In this document: in pieces, positions 47,200-61,795 of the stretch
Layout of the letters: each line of letters starts with the position of its first letter
How positions within the stretch are numbered: the first letter of the stretch is position 1
NCBI RefSeq assembly: GCF_009914755.1
Contig: NC_060934.1
DNA length: 64,000 nt
Strand: one strand, 5' to 3'
From: the human T2T-CHM13v2.0 reference genome, Homo sapiens
The notes under the pieces: model-generated
Databases searched by the model: none
Told to the model about the DNA's origin: nothing
The model's input: the letters and a program-made list of their open reading frames with translations, nothing else
Translations under genes and position numbers: made by a program

Positions 47200-47659
47200 T
47201 ATATATATATACACACACACACAGTAGATACTCAGAAATTGACTAATTGAATCATCTGTTAATTCAACAAGTACTTACTGAGCATCTACTGTGTACCAAA
47301 TGTTGAAGACATAATGATACATGAGACAGATGTCCTTGGAGGGTTTAGTCTAATGAGGGAACAAAAAATTAAATAACTACACATATATAATCATTATTTT
47401 GATTTATTGGATGGACACCTGAAAGTTTTGTATCTCTGAAAATACTCAGCACAGCAGTTGCACAGGATACAATTTTTTGTCTGTTGTGTGAATGCATGAT
47501 TTAAGAATGTGCAGGGGAGATAAGAAAGTGACTGCACCAAGGCCTTTGCTGGGTTATGCCAATGAGTTATTACAATTTTCTATTCTGTAGGGAATAAAGA
47601 AAGCAAGTGTCAGTGATGAGTGTTGCTGGGGTTGACTTTCTGTTTCCTTCCATACACAG

Positions 47660-47817
47660 TCTCAAAAGCAGAACATAGATATTAACAGACAAGCCAAGTT
47701 TGCTGCAACCCCTTCTCTGGCCTTGTTTGTGAACCTCAAAAATGTGGTTTGTAAAATAGGAGAAGATGCTGAAGTCCTCATGTCTCTATATGACCCTGTG
47801 GAGTCCAAATTCATCAG
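47660..47817 (+). CDS. DOCK1: DOCK1 exon 8 (158 nt): SQKQNIDINRQAKFAATPSLALFVNLKNVVCKIGEDAEVLMSLYDPVESKFI(S)
   Basis: ccatacacag| acceptor, CAG|gtgggt donor, frame continuous. Confidence 0.97.
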
Positions 47818-48921
47818 GTGGGTGACATTTCTTGGCTGCCGTCTTTCCTCTTTGGTTAGTGTTAGGAACTTGGGATCAGAACCACTGAAGCGTCCCATTC
47901 ATGCTGAGAGGCCTTGGATGAATGGCTGCTGGACACGAGCAAGCAGCCGAGTCAAGAGCTGTCTTAGACAGTGTGATGGCAGCCAGGTTGGGCTCTGGGT
48001 CAGGGTGAACCTTCTTGCGTGTAGATTGCTATTTGCTCGTAGAGTTATAGCAGTTGCAGGTACACTCTGGCCGTATCTTAAGAGTGTAGCTGAAGATTGA
48101 AGTAATACTTTGTTTCCTAAGTTGTCTTCGTAAGATTTTATATATCCTGGTCCCTCAAATATCACTATTTCCATTTTTCAAAATTTGGTTTCTATGAATG
48201 CCATTTCTGTGAGTTTTGTCTTGTTTTTTCTGCAAGATGATTGGCTGGAATACATCATTTAGAATGGTGCCTGCCACATACAGACTGTCAGTTAATATTT
48301 GTTAAATGAAAACACTGTAAGTCTATTTTTTCCTGCTTAGCCTTCAGTATAACTTTCTCTTTGCCCAGATGGAAACAATGTGGTTCAACTATGTATGAAT
48401 TATGTGTGTGTCTGTGTATATGTTAAAACTCTAGTATCTTCACTTGTATTATTCAAAATTTGAAAACTTAGTGTATGAATGATACAGAAAAATACGAGTG
48501 GATTTTATTCTCACTTCTGATAAAGACTTTGTTTCCTCTTGACATAGGATGCAGTTTTTATTTTACAATGTATTTGGTTTGTCATAGGTTTTGAAATAAA
48601 CATGCATTGTGCTGAATTTTATAGTATTGTCATTCTAAATGAACAAATAGGCTCTTAAAAAAAAAACCAACTTAGAAATACCATTTGCAAGTAGTTCTAT
48701 TACAGTGACAACCCAAGACATTGCACATTAAAACTTGGCAAGGTTTTTGTGCTGTGGATGTTAATTGATGAGTAGCTGTATGTGATACTTTTGATATTTA
48801 TAAACTCAATAGTTGTCTGTATAGTGCACGTACATGGTATTAATTATGAAGCAATGTGGATGTACATTTGGTACCCTGTTATTTGGAAAATTAACTTGCT
48901 TTTATTTCTCCATTTTTCAAG

Positions 48922-49003
48922 TGAGAACTACCTGGTTCGCTGGTCCAGTTCAGGATTACCTAAAGACATAGACAGATTACATAATTTGCGAGCCGTGTTT
49001 ACT
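48922..49003 (+). CDS. DOCK1: DOCK1 exon 9 (82 nt): [27 protein letters not shown]
   Basis: catttttcaag| acceptor (AAG), ACT|gtaagt donor. Confidence 0.96.
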
Positions 49004-49244
49004 GTAAGTGCACCCAAAGATGCTTAGTTGAATTGGCTACCATTCTAAGGACTACTTTTAGCCATTTCTGTCTGCCTTCCTGCGACACTAGAACATGGGT
49101 CCCTGGGATGCCTGTATACAGGTTAATTTAGTATTACTAAGTAGAGCGCATTTCCAGAAATCATCTGAGTCTCTAGCCACCCTTAGAATCACCGTGACAA
49201 AGATTTACCCCATTAACATGGAATGTGCCTCTTAAATGTGTATC

Positions 49245-49543
49245 GTTTTTATTTTTTTCCTTGAGACGGAGTCTTGCTCTGTCACCCAGGCTGGAATGCA
49301 ATGGCGTGATCTCGGCTCACTGCAACCTACGCCTCCTGGGTTCAAGCAGTTCTCCTGCCTCAGCTCCCGAGTAGCTGGGATTACAGGCATGCACCACCAC
49401 ACCTTGCTAATTTTTTGTATTTTTAGTAGAGATGGGGTTTCCCCATGTTGGCCAGGCTGCTCTCAAACTCCTGACCTCGTGATCCACCCTCCTCGGCCTT
49501 CCAAAGTGCTGGGATTACAGGTGTGAGGCACTGCCCCTAGCCC
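49245..49543 (-). mobile_element. Alu
   Basis: Full dimer, TSD cttaaatgtgtatc. Confidence 0.96.
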
Positions 49544-49739
49544 TTAAATGTGTATCTTAAGCTCACTTAACAGTAATTGACTATTGTTATTAAATTCCTT
49601 TTTGTCATATGAATAACTGATTAAAATGATAAAAACTGGTCTGAGAAGAGTCTCAATCCATTTTTTTACTGTCCTTTTCATTGGAGCTTGCATTGAATAA
49701 TGGGTCTCCAAAATAATTTATGGAAACTAATATTTCTAG

Positions 49740-49875
49740 GACCTCGGAAGCAAAGACCTGAAAAGGGAGAAAATCAGTTTTGTCTGTCAGATTGTTCGCG
49801 TGGGTCGCATGGAGCTGAGGGACAACAACACCAGGAAACTGACCTCGGGGTTGCGGCGACCTTTTGGAGTGGCTG
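49740..49875 (+). CDS. DOCK1: DOCK1 exon 10 (136 nt): [45 protein letters not shown](V)
   Basis: tatttctag| acceptor, CTG|gtaatc donor; DOCK-family RRPFG motif. Confidence 0.97.
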
Positions 49876-50281
49876 GTAATCTATTTCTCTGTGTTTCCTT
49901 GAGAGTTTCAGATCTTCACAGTCACTTTCAAAAGAATCACTGTTGAATGTTGATTGGACAATGCACAGCTGTGATTTATAAGCTTTTCTGCTGGAGAGAA
50001 AAAATATATTTATTAGTTATTTTCATTGTGGCTTCAAGTTGACCTGCTAGGCTCAGGATGCTCTAGTCCTCAAGTTTCAGATATAAATCATATATTTGGT
50101 TTTAAAGTGGATCCCATCTTTCCCTGGGAGTGATCCTGACCCATATTCTCAGTCTGTAGGGAAGCCAGTCAGTGGAGGTTTTCAGGTCTTGGTGATGGAC
50201 ATAAGAATGGATATGTGCAGGACGGTCAAAGCAACGAAGAAGAGGAAGAAAGGCAAACTGTGAAGAGAACGCGGTTAGCTT

Positions 50282-50515
50282 CATGTTGGTGCTCTTCATC
50301 CGCCATGTTGGTGCTGTTTCTCCGCCATGTTGGTGTTCTTCCTCCGCCATGTTGGTGTTCTTCCTCCGCCATGTTGGTGCTTTTCCTCTGCCATGTTGGT
50401 GCTCTTTCTCCGCCATGTTGGTGCTCTTCCTCCGCCATGTTGGTGCTCTTTATCTGCCATGTTGGTGCTCTTCCTCCACCGTGCTGGTGCTCTTCCTCCA
50501 CCCTGCTGTTGCTCT
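50282..50515. repeat. 22-bp minisatellite (ccgccatgttggtgctcttcct), ~10.5 copies
   Basis: CATG cores at an exact 22-bp period from 50282 to 50458. Confidence 0.97.
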
Positions 50516-50871
50516 GTTATTTTTGGTGACAGCACGAGGAATGTGAAAGACCAATTATCTCTGTTGAGGAAAGATAAAGGCATACCCAGGAAGTTCTGAT
50601 TATTTGCCCTAGTTCACTGTGACTCTCATTTTTCATAGTTTTGGGAAGTGGTTTTCTCTCTTTTATGGTTGCAGTACAATTTCATTACCTAGCACTGTGA
50701 TATTTATTTTAATTTTTGTGATTTTTGGGATTCATATGGATATTTATGAGGGAAAAGTTCCTGATTCTTGACACATAGCTGGATTTTTTTGTATGAACAG
50801 CTATGGAAGACATTCTTTCCCTTGGCTACCAGGAAACTCTGAACTTAGTCCATCCCCCCTGCCTTTTAAAT

Positions 50872-51180
50872 AAACATTATTTTTAGAAGAGTTTTAGGTT
50901 CAAGCAAAATTGAACAGAAAATACAGACAGTTCCCATATATTTCTCCTTCCTTCCCCCTGCCTCCCCATTATCAGTATCCACCATAGATTGGTACATTGA
51001 TTACAGTTGGTGAACCGCATTGACACATCGTCGCCCTGTGAAGTCTGTAGTTTACATTAGCGTTCATTCTTGATGTTGTGCCTTCTGTGGGTTTCGACAA
51101 ATGAATAATACCGTATATTCACCATTGTAGTCTCTCACTGGGTAGCTTCACCATCCTAAAAGTCCTCTGTGCTCCGCCTG
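50872..51180 (-). mobile_element. Old L1 (L1MC/MD-like) 3' end fragment
   Basis: tttttagaagagttttaggttcaagcaaaattgaacagaaaatacag. Confidence 0.75.
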
Positions 51181-51440
51181 GAATTTTTGGAAAAATATTT
51201 CAAATCATTTAAATAAATGACTTACTACATCATAAGGAGTAAGCAATAGCAGCGATATAGACATTATGAGAGCAGCATATTAATTCAATTTACTTGAATT
51301 CAGTTTACCCATAGAGCTAACTAACGGAGTGTTCCAATGATTTTACCATTTGTGAGTGAAAATGGTGAGGGTGAGGTGTTCTTTCTGAAGTCCCCACAGC
51401 CTTGGGCTGGGGAAATCCTTTTGCATTTTCATCTTTCTGT

Positions 51441-51580
51441 CTTTTTGTTTTTATGAGACAGAGTCTAACTCTGTCACCCAGGCTGTGTGATGACAGCTCA
51501 CTGCTGCCCCGACCTCCTGGGCTCAAGTGATCCTCCTGCCTCAGCCTCCTGAGTAACTGGGACCACAGGCGCATGCCGTG
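51441..51580 (-). mobile_element. Alu monomer/fragment
   Basis: gagacagagtct...ctcaagtgatcctcctgcctcagcc. Confidence 0.8.
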
Positions 51581-52580
51581 CTAACATTTTCATGTCATGA
51601 CTTGAATACATACTTGAAAATTGCCCCTCTATTTGTCAGAGCCTGTAGCATCTTTTACATGTAATCTAGTGTTATATTTAAAATGCCTTTCATTTTCCAG
51701 GATTGTTTTTTTTCTTTTCCACCTTGATGGTAGTTTTAAGAAAATATTTAATTTTTGTCTCAGGCATAATTGGCTTCATTTGAGCAATCAGAGACATCTT
51801 TGACAACACACGGAAGTCGCTCCTCTTTTCAACAGCAGAGCTACACATTCTCTGGTTATTAGATTACAAGATGGATTGTGTCATAAGTTCCTACGAATGC
51901 GTAGTTATATTTCTTAAAGATGAAATGTAGACCACAGGCTGACAGTTTTTACCTTCTTTTGATTAAAATTTTTGGAATTTAAAAATTTGGAATATTTTTC
52001 AGTTTTCATTGGGTTGATATTCCAGGAAAGTCTAGGTACTAATGGATGGAGAGGGTGATGGGCATGGGCTCAGCTGACACCACTGTGGCCTTCCACTGTT
52101 TCTTACATGCTCACTTATGCTTGCTTGGTGGGGTCTAGAGTTAGGTTGGGCCCCCCAGCTCCTGGAGTTCTCCATGAATTACAGAAGCCTGGGTTATTCA
52201 CTGGGGCAGGGCGGGCAGCCTGGACATAGTTCCTTGTTTCTGGAGCCCCTACCTGTGTAGTGTTGGCTGAGACACTACATCTGGTCCCTGGAGTTTGGAT
52301 GCCTGGCTGTGTGGCCTCCAGGGACTTCTGTCCCCTGATATCTGCTGATCACATGGACACCCCCTTTGGTCCCTGGTTCCTCCTGTCTGGACTGGTCTCT
52401 GGTTCCTTCCCTTCCTGTCTTGTGTCTCTGGTACCCACTGATATCGGGGCTTCTGAAAACCCACCTGGGGCCAAGTTCTAGCCTTGTCGTCTTGCTCGTG
52501 AATTTTCCAGAGTGTGGCTTCTCCTCACTGCTCTGCTCTGACTGGCACATGGGGTGTCCCCCCTCACTTAGGGGTTGCAA

Positions 52581-52951
52581 AGAACCTGTGTGAACCTGCA
52601 TGAACCTGTGTGAACCTCTGTAAACCTGTGTGAACCTGCGTGAACCTTTATGAACCTGTGTGAACCTGTGTGAACCCACGTGAACCTTTATGAACCTCTG
52701 AACCTGCATGAACCTGTGTGAAACTGCGTGAACCTGTGTGAACCTCTAAGAACATGTGTGAACCTGCATGAACCTGCGTGAACCTGTGTGAACCTTTATG
52801 AACCTGTGTGAACCCACGTGAACCTTTTTGAACCTGTATGAACCTGCGTGAACCTGTGTGAACCTGCGTGAACCTGTGTAACCTTTATGAACCTGTGTGA
52901 ACCTGTGTGAACCTGCATGAACCTGCGTGAACCTGTGTGAACCTGTGTGAA
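52581..52951. repeat. 10-bp minisatellite TGAACCTGTG and variants, ~37 units
   Basis: Seen directly. Confidence 0.98.
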
Positions 52952-53248
52952 GTGCTTCAGAGATACCCATAGGCATTTGTTTTCCTCTGTGGGAAGATTT
53001 CAGGCCTGCAGCTGTTAATGTTGGGTTGCCGGGTCCTTTGAGTTCTCTGTCCCTTCTGGTGTCACAGTTGCCTAGCAGTTGCTGGTTTGCCTGGCTCCAC
53101 TACATGCCCTGGGTGGGGATGTCCTGTTCATCCCTTGGTGCCAAGCACTGAGCACTGAGCCTTTGTGGCCTCTGTGCTCACTCCAGAGGGGCCAGCCTTC
53201 CTAGCCCTGCTCAGCTGGTGTGTGTCTGTACATTATAAGTAAGAAACT

Positions 53249-53845
53249 GGCTGGGCGCTGCCTGTAATCCCAGCACTGTGGGAAGTTGAGGTGGGCAGAT
53301 CACATGAGTTTGGGTGTTCGAGACCAGCCTGGCCAACATGGTAAAACCTCCTATCTACGAAAAATAAAAAAATTAGCCAGGCATGGTGGTGCATGCCTGT
53401 AGTCCCAGCTATTTAGGAGGCTGAGGGAGAAGAGTTGCTTGAACCTGGGAGGCGGAGGTTGCAGTGAGCTAAGACTGTGTCACTGCGCTCCAGCTTGGGG
53501 AACAGGGAGAGACTCTGTCTCCCCTCCCCCCCAAAAAAAAGGCCAGGTACAGTGGCTCACACCTCTAATCCCAGAACTTTAGGAGGCCGAGGCAGGCAGA
53601 TAATGAGGTCAGGAGTTCGAGACCAGCGTGGCCAGTGTGGTGAAACCCTGTCTCTACTAAAGATACAAAAAATTAGTTGGGCGTGGTGCTGTGTGCCTGT
53701 AATCCCAGCTACTCAGGAGTCTGAGGCAGGAGAATTGCTTGAACTGGGGAGGTGGAGGTTGCAGTGAGCCAAGATCACGCCAGAGTGATGGGGCGAGACT
53801 CCATCTCAAAAAAAAAAAAGAAAAGAAAAGAAAACAAAACAAAAG
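53249..53845 (+). mobile_element. Two head-to-tail Alus (53249-53540, 53541-53845)
   Basis: Second Alu begins directly after the A tail of the first. Confidence 0.93.
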
Positions 53846-54028
53846 TAAGGACCTGATCGTTCTGCTTGTGGAGTTTCCAGTTTCCTACTAGAAACTCTTC
53901 TCTGAGACATTTCATTATGTGATCTGGCTATGTAAATTTTTGGCACAAAAAGTAAATATCTTAATGCAGTGGTTCTCAATCCTAACTGAATATGAGAAAA
54001 ATCTTGCGAGCTATCAATAAAAATTCTT

Positions 54029-54363
54029 GGTCAGGTGCTGTGGTTCATGCCTGTAATCCTAGCACTTTGGGAGGCTGAGGAAGGCAGATCGCTTGAGCCC
54101 AGGCATTCAAGACCAGCCTGACAACATGGCAAAACCTCGTCTCTACTAAAAAATACAAAAGTTAGCTGGGCGCTTGGTGGCTTGCACCTGTGGTCCCAGC
54201 TACTCAAGAGGCTGAGGTGGGGGGATCACCTGAGCCTAGGGAGGTTGAGACTGCAAATGAGCCATGATCGTGCCATTGTACTCCAGCCTGGGCTACAGAG
54301 TCATCCTGTCCCCCCCAACGGCCCCCTGCCCCGCCCCCCCCCCCCCCCAAAAAAAAGAAAAAA
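54029..54363 (+). mobile_element. AluJ with C-rich tail, inserted in a MER5-like element
   Basis: Dimer; gcagtggttctcaatcct upstream. Confidence 0.88.
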
Positions 54364-54605
54364 GTCTTGCACAAGCCCCACTCCTGTCCAGGTAAACCAG
54401 AATCTCTACTTTAACCAAAATCGCTTGTTTGTCACTATGGGCCACTCAGTGACTGGCAGTTTGCTGCCACCAGACTACCTTGCCCTCCCTGCTCTGCCCC
54501 GCTTATCACATGGTGGCATTCAGCACATCTGGGGAATTTTTTTTAATAGGACTTGCTTCTAACTTATTCAGTGTGTTGTCCAACCAGATGTTCTCTTTGT
54601 TACTA

Positions 54606-54907
<302 letters not shown>

Positions 54908-57551
54908 GGGATAGAAGGGATGCTTCCCACATCTGAGAAGGTTGATCAACATTTTGGTAATCGTATTCTATCTGTTCATAGGCTACTTCAATTTCCACAT
55001 GCAAATTTAATTTTGAGGCTTTCTTTAGAATGACTTCTGCGTGTCTGTGTTAACAGAGTTCAGTTCCTTAAAATGAGAAAGTGTCCATGGACCTTTAAGT
55101 CTACAGTTCTTAGTCTTCGGTTGAAAAGAATGTGTCACATTTCTGTCTTTTAACCTTTTTATAATGTAACCTTTTCTATCTTTTTCTAAAAGATAGAAAA
55201 TTGTAAAAATAATGGAAATTTTATGGAAAAGTGTAGTTAAATAAATTATCCATAGTTTTACATAGCCAGGGTAGTACCTCATGTTTATTCTGATATGTTT
55301 GTTTCCAAATTATTTTTTCTGTGTGTGGCATATGATTTTTAAATACAATATCCCGTCCTACCATGTATTTGTTTATTTAACTGATTGATTTTTTAATGTC
55401 TTTTTAGTCCCTTTTTTGCCATCTTAACCATTTTTAGGCGTGCAGTTCAGTAGTAAGTATGTTTGCATTGCACATACTTTTATCTTTCTAACAAACCTAG
55501 CATTATCTTATGAACATGTCCTTTTATTAAGCATTATTCAAAAATTCGGCTTCTCAATGGCTGCAGCCTGTAGTCCTGTGATTCCAGCAGTCCTTTGCTT
55601 TGGGCTCTGAGGTTATCTCAGCCTTGCGGTGTAGTAGCTACGCAGTGAGCATCCTGGGGCTTGAAGCATCCCACCTGTGCCTGTTTGCAGGCCAGCCCCT
55701 GCAGCGGAGTTGCTGACTCGCAGGGTGTGGGGGTCCATCTGCCGTGAGCAAGTCATCCTGATGCAGCCCCACCAGTGGGACTGAGCCATCAGCCCCTCTC
55801 CCTGCGAGACGTTTCTCACCTCCTGCCTTCTGCTCTCCTGCCTGTGCTGGCCCTGGGCCTCTGTCACTCTTGTCCCAACGCCACTGCCTCCTTCCTTCTC
55901 CTGCCCTCTGTCTTCCAGCATCACGCGGTGCCGTCTGTCTACCCGGCCTCTCCCTCACACAGCTGTACTGACTTCAGCTGGACTCTGTCTTTTCACCATC
56001 CTCTTCCCTGAATGTAGAGACCCTGGGCTGGCTGGCTGGGGGAATTTTTCCCCCAAGTCCTTTATTTCCTCCTTTGGTGTCAGGGACATCTTGTCCAAAC
56101 TGCAGGGAGCACTCCCTCTGCGTGGGGCTGTGTGCGGAAGAGCAGTCAGGGGAGTCCCTGGGAAGCGCGATGAGCGGTGATGACTGGCGACGTCAAGGCC
56201 TTCTCCTCGAGGCTCAGGATGGGTGCGGGACTCGGGGTGTTTTCCACCTGTGGGTGCTCAGGCTCTGATTGCGTTTCCCGCTTGTTTGCTGCCTTCCTGC
56301 ACATGGTCCTGTGTTCCAGGGCTGGGCACTGGGGATGTGGCAAGGGAGTCCCATGGTCAGCTGGTGAGATGAGTCCCATGGCAGAGCAGAGCTCTGCAGG
56401 CACCCAGCAAGGCCACCCAGGACCAGCTGGCATGTGAGGGTGGGCCTGCTCGGGTCAGACTCCCTTGGTTCTGGCTCATCGTGGGCTGCTGCCTAAATGA
56501 GTTTATTGAAGGATGCTGAACTGGTGGTCTCGGGCATCTTGGAAAAAGGTAAAAAGGTGGGTGCTGCAGTCAGTCGCGTGTGGGTCAGTCACCCCCAAGA
56601 GTGCTGGAAGCTGGGAAACGCTTCCCCCAGGCCAGGTGAGGGCCCGTGTCCAGACCATGCATCCTCTGAGCAGCTGTCATTTGATGTTGCAAGTTATTTG
56701 GGATTCCTTGACCTGTATCTGCAAACACAGCCGTGGGCTCCTGGCTCTTTGAGGCCCCTTGGTTGAGTGGAGTGAGTGTGGGTGTCGTCTCTTACGACAC
56801 TGCTGAGGCCCCTGGGGCCCCACCAGACCAAGCAGGGGATGAGGATGCTGCTTTTTTGGTTCTATGTATCCCTCCTCCTTTTTGGAGGGTGGTGATGGTG
56901 ATGGTAGAAAGGAAAATTTTCAATATATGATTACTTACATGTTGGACAAAATATATTTAGACTGATCCTCTTACCTGAACGCAGAGCTGGGCTACAGAGA
57001 GACCCTTCTGGGGAAAGGTCTTGTGCGAAGAAAATAAACAAGGCATCTTCCTCTCAAGTCCAGTGTGGCGGTGGAGCAGTAGCAGACACAGGGAAAGTGA
57101 CCCGGGCCATCTGGGGTTATTCTTGGACTTTCTTGTTCTGTCATGACCAAGGGCAAAAGGAATTGTTTGAAAGGTAGACAGTGTGTCTGGGTTTACCCCT
57201 GAATGTCATCAGGGAATGTCTTTTAACACAAGAAGATGGCAAAGGATATTAGCCTTTCTTGTGATGTTAGCAAGCCTGGATCTCCCGGGGGGTGTGTTTG
57301 TGAAGGCAGTTTAATAGGATTGAAAGAGCTTGGGTCTTGGAGACTTTCTCGCTGTAGACTTTGAGCATGCTTGTTCATGCCTGTCTTTGAGCCTCAGTTT
57401 CTTGTCAGTATGGTAGGTTACTGAGGATTTGCCTTGAAGTGTCCTCTTGAAAGAGCGTCCACAGATACCAGCATGTGGTGGGTGCTTGGTAAATGGTAGC
57501 TACTTGTTGGCTTAATTGTTTGCGGGAAAGCAAAAGTGTGAGGCTTCAGAA

Positions 57552-58043
<492 letters not shown>

Positions 58044-58295
58044 GGGTGACAGTTGGGTAATAGGCAAAGGAAATTATTAAATGGAACTCTGCCATTTGAG
58101 CCCCAATTCCATTTGGGCCAGCATTTTCTGATAACTTAATTTGTCTTTCAAGCATGGAAATAATTTAGACTTGACTATGAGAAAACAGCTTTTGCTGTTG
58201 TTTGCCAGAAGATATTCTGATGTTCCTTTGTTTGTTTGTGTTCTGTGATTATAGCATTTAAGCCAAAACAATCTCTGTTCTCTTTTTGTCTCCAG

Positions 58296-58368
58296 TGATG
58301 GATGTAACAGATATAATAAATGGAAAAGTAGATGATGAAGATAAGCAGCATTTCATTCCCTTTCAGCC
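58296..58368 (+). CDS. DOCK1: DOCK1 exon 11 (73 nt): (V)MDVTDIINGKVDDEDKQHFIPFQ(P)
   Basis: tttttgtctccag| acceptor, GCC|gtaagt donor, frame continuous. Confidence 0.97.
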
Positions 58369-59636
58369 GTAAGTATGGAGCAATTCAAGTACTTAGCCAG
58401 ATATAATGTGGAAAACATAGGCTTGTAATAATTATCTTTATAATTAAATGGATAAACATAACTAAGGATTGATTATTTTGTAATTATGAAAAACCTCTTT
58501 AGTCACTGCTGTAGTACATGGAATTTTTTGTAGCCATAAGAATCCTGGGTCAAAGTTTGTTTATGGTCCTGGAAGTAGGAGATTTTACTTGTAATCACTG
58601 AATTGCCTTATATAGAAGGCACAGAGTTACAGCTCTGCTCTGAGCCTGAATGTTTCTTTACATAATTGATTTATTCTAGTAGCTATTTGTATTTTCAAAG
58701 CACAATACTTCCAAATTCATCATAGGAGGTTGCTGTTTTTAAAATAAAAAAACAAACAATTATGATGAATTATTTTAAAGCGAGAAATAATGCTTTAAAG
58801 CATATAATCACACTGCTGATTTTTGTGTCTCGGTTTTTGCTTAGAGTGGAGCCTATCTGTGTTCGTTTTTAGGCTTTCTCTAGTTCTGACCTGAAGTCTT
58901 TAAAGAGGCACGGAAGCTGAGAAAAAGCTCTTGGAGGAGATTCATTAAATTGATTATCTGATTTGTGGGTAGAACCCAGGGAACTGGTGGGAAGAACTGG
59001 CGTTTATTTCCCTCGTGTGGAAGCAAGAGTGTACCCAGATGATGGTCGTTGGCCACTTAAGCACTCCTACTCCTCACAGAGGAGGAGAGAAAAAGGAATC
59101 CAGATGGTTGAGGTTAATTGTAAGAGACAGCTTCCTCCTGGGCGTGGGGTTGGGTGGCGATGTTAGGGGAGAAGGCATGGTAAGGGCAGTGGAAGCCACC
59201 TGCCATAGTGCTCTGCAGTTTCACTTTTCCCTCATTTTTATTCTTAATCGACTTCAGACTTGAAACACATTTCAGATTTTAGAAATTTTACGGTTTTCAG
59301 CTGTTGGCTGAAGGGTTTAGGAGGCGGGTAGTAATTGGGTGGCTGAAGGAGCCCTGTCCTTGGGGGCCCGGAGATGTGAGGTTGACTTCCCTCTGCCCCA
59401 CGCATCCTTGGTGATGGACCACCGCGCTCAACCCCACCCGACTCCTCTGGGTCTTGAGTGCCACTGGCTAAGACAGGAAGAGTATGGCTTTCTTTGCAGG
59501 CGGGCGATGTGGTCACATAGCACCCTAAAGCTTTTTGTACAGCTCAGTAGGAGATTTTGCTATCTTCTTGACGTAAGAATAACAGCAAACCCTGCGTTAT
59601 TGAGCTGGGAGTCAGGGTTAAGTTATATGTATCTCA

Positions 59637-60190
<554 letters not shown>

Positions 60191-61795
60191 GTTGTTTTGT
60201 AGTCCCATCCAGTGAGGAGAGTTTATAAAGGGAACACAGTGCTGCAGAATCTGGAAGTTTCCTTAGCAAACAAGGGGAACAGTATCATGGAACATGGGCA
60301 GATATTGAGGTCATAAATAAAATACACCTTTGTAAAATTATAATATTAAATTGCCTCATTCTCTCATGAGAAATAATGCAGCCCCCTGCTGTTTTGAATG
60401 CTGTATTATATATTAGACCTCAGAGGTTCTTGATGCCCAGATGTAACACTAAGTTGAAATTACCTGTTGCCTGCTAGTGTCCTCTGTGAAAAGTCAAAAA
60501 CAAAAACAAAAACAAAAACAAACCCAACCTGAGGGATTGTTTGAAAGGTTAGGGAGGTTATTAGTTTTAGATTCACTGATTTTCACAGAACATGTTATGA
60601 GTTGTTTGAGATTGCCTGTGCTTTGACGCCATCTTTTTCTATCTTGTAGTGGAATGTCCACTTGAAAAATATGTTATTCCATGTGTAACTCTTATGTAAT
60701 TTGTGACTCCATGCTCCATTAAAGGAAGACTAATAGACAGATGAATATTTGAAGTGTTGGAAACAAAAGAACAGCATGATTTTTAATAGCAAAATAAGCA
60801 GTGAAACCAGTTCTTTGGGAAATGTCGTGCTAATGAAACCATTTTTTGCTCCATTAAAACTGATTTATTATCTCACAGGGTTGGTTTTAGAGAAGGAAGC
60901 ACATTGCACATCTCCCTCCCTCCCTGTCTTTTTTAACTTGGTGAAGTAAATGACAACAGTCTTCAGTTCCCTCGAGTCATGTGGCTCAAGTGATGGATAG
61001 CACTGTCCTTGTTCCCAGGATTGATTTTAAACATTATGGCCATGCTGTCTATTTTCTTGCTCATTTCATAGTGCACTTCGCTGTGCTACATGGTGTTTCT
61101 ATTTGGGCATATGCCCCCCGTTTGTAGCCAGTCTCTCGTACAGCGCAGCATCTGTCACAGGCTCCTGGTTCATGGGCCCTGAAAACGTGGGTGGTCTGTG
61201 TTCATAACAGCGCCACACGTGGGACTAGGCAGTGGTGTTCTCCACACACGGTACCATTCTTCTCACATGTAGTCACTTGAGGGACTATTGTGTACGTAGT
61301 CCAGGAGGGTAGAGTAGAAAGCCTTTGCAAGCAGTTAGGTTCCAGGGATTTTTTTTTTTTTAAATCTTGATTTTGCTTTTCCCTTTAGATCAACCTGCCC
61401 CTTGACCTATGCTATGTTCAGAATTAATTGAAATTGGAGGAATGGCCATAAACATTCTTTGGGATTAAATGCCTTTCAACCATGTGGCTTTCAGACAAGC
61501 TCCTTTTTTTAAACACAAGAGTCTGATGGAGATGCAGTGGAGGCCTGGTGCACGTTTATTCCTGGGGAGAGGGTTGCCCTCATTTGCTCTGTTCCCTCTC
61601 GTGGTTCAGCATTTTCCTGATCAATGCTTTTCCCTGTTTCTCTTGTCACCTCTCCCATCCTTTGTCGTGCGTTGACTCATGATGCCTCCCTCTCGCACTC
61701 GGTGACGATGATCTCTTATGTTCCCTTGTTACCGTGGCCCATGGGTCTCTGTGCCCCTTTGTCTCCTGTGGTCTTGGTCGTCCCGTGCCCTCCAG

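Noticed and set aside
48918-48927. CAA|GTGAGA donor-like motif overlapping the exon 9 acceptor
   Set aside because: Offset by one base from a true dual-specificity site, and largely dictated by the coding sequence
50102-52976. Repetitive ORFs (MAEEEHQHGG..., HRFTQVHAGS...) and CRISPR-like appearance of the arrays
   Set aside because: Head-to-tail minisatellites with no unique spacers and no cas genes, in a eukaryotic intron
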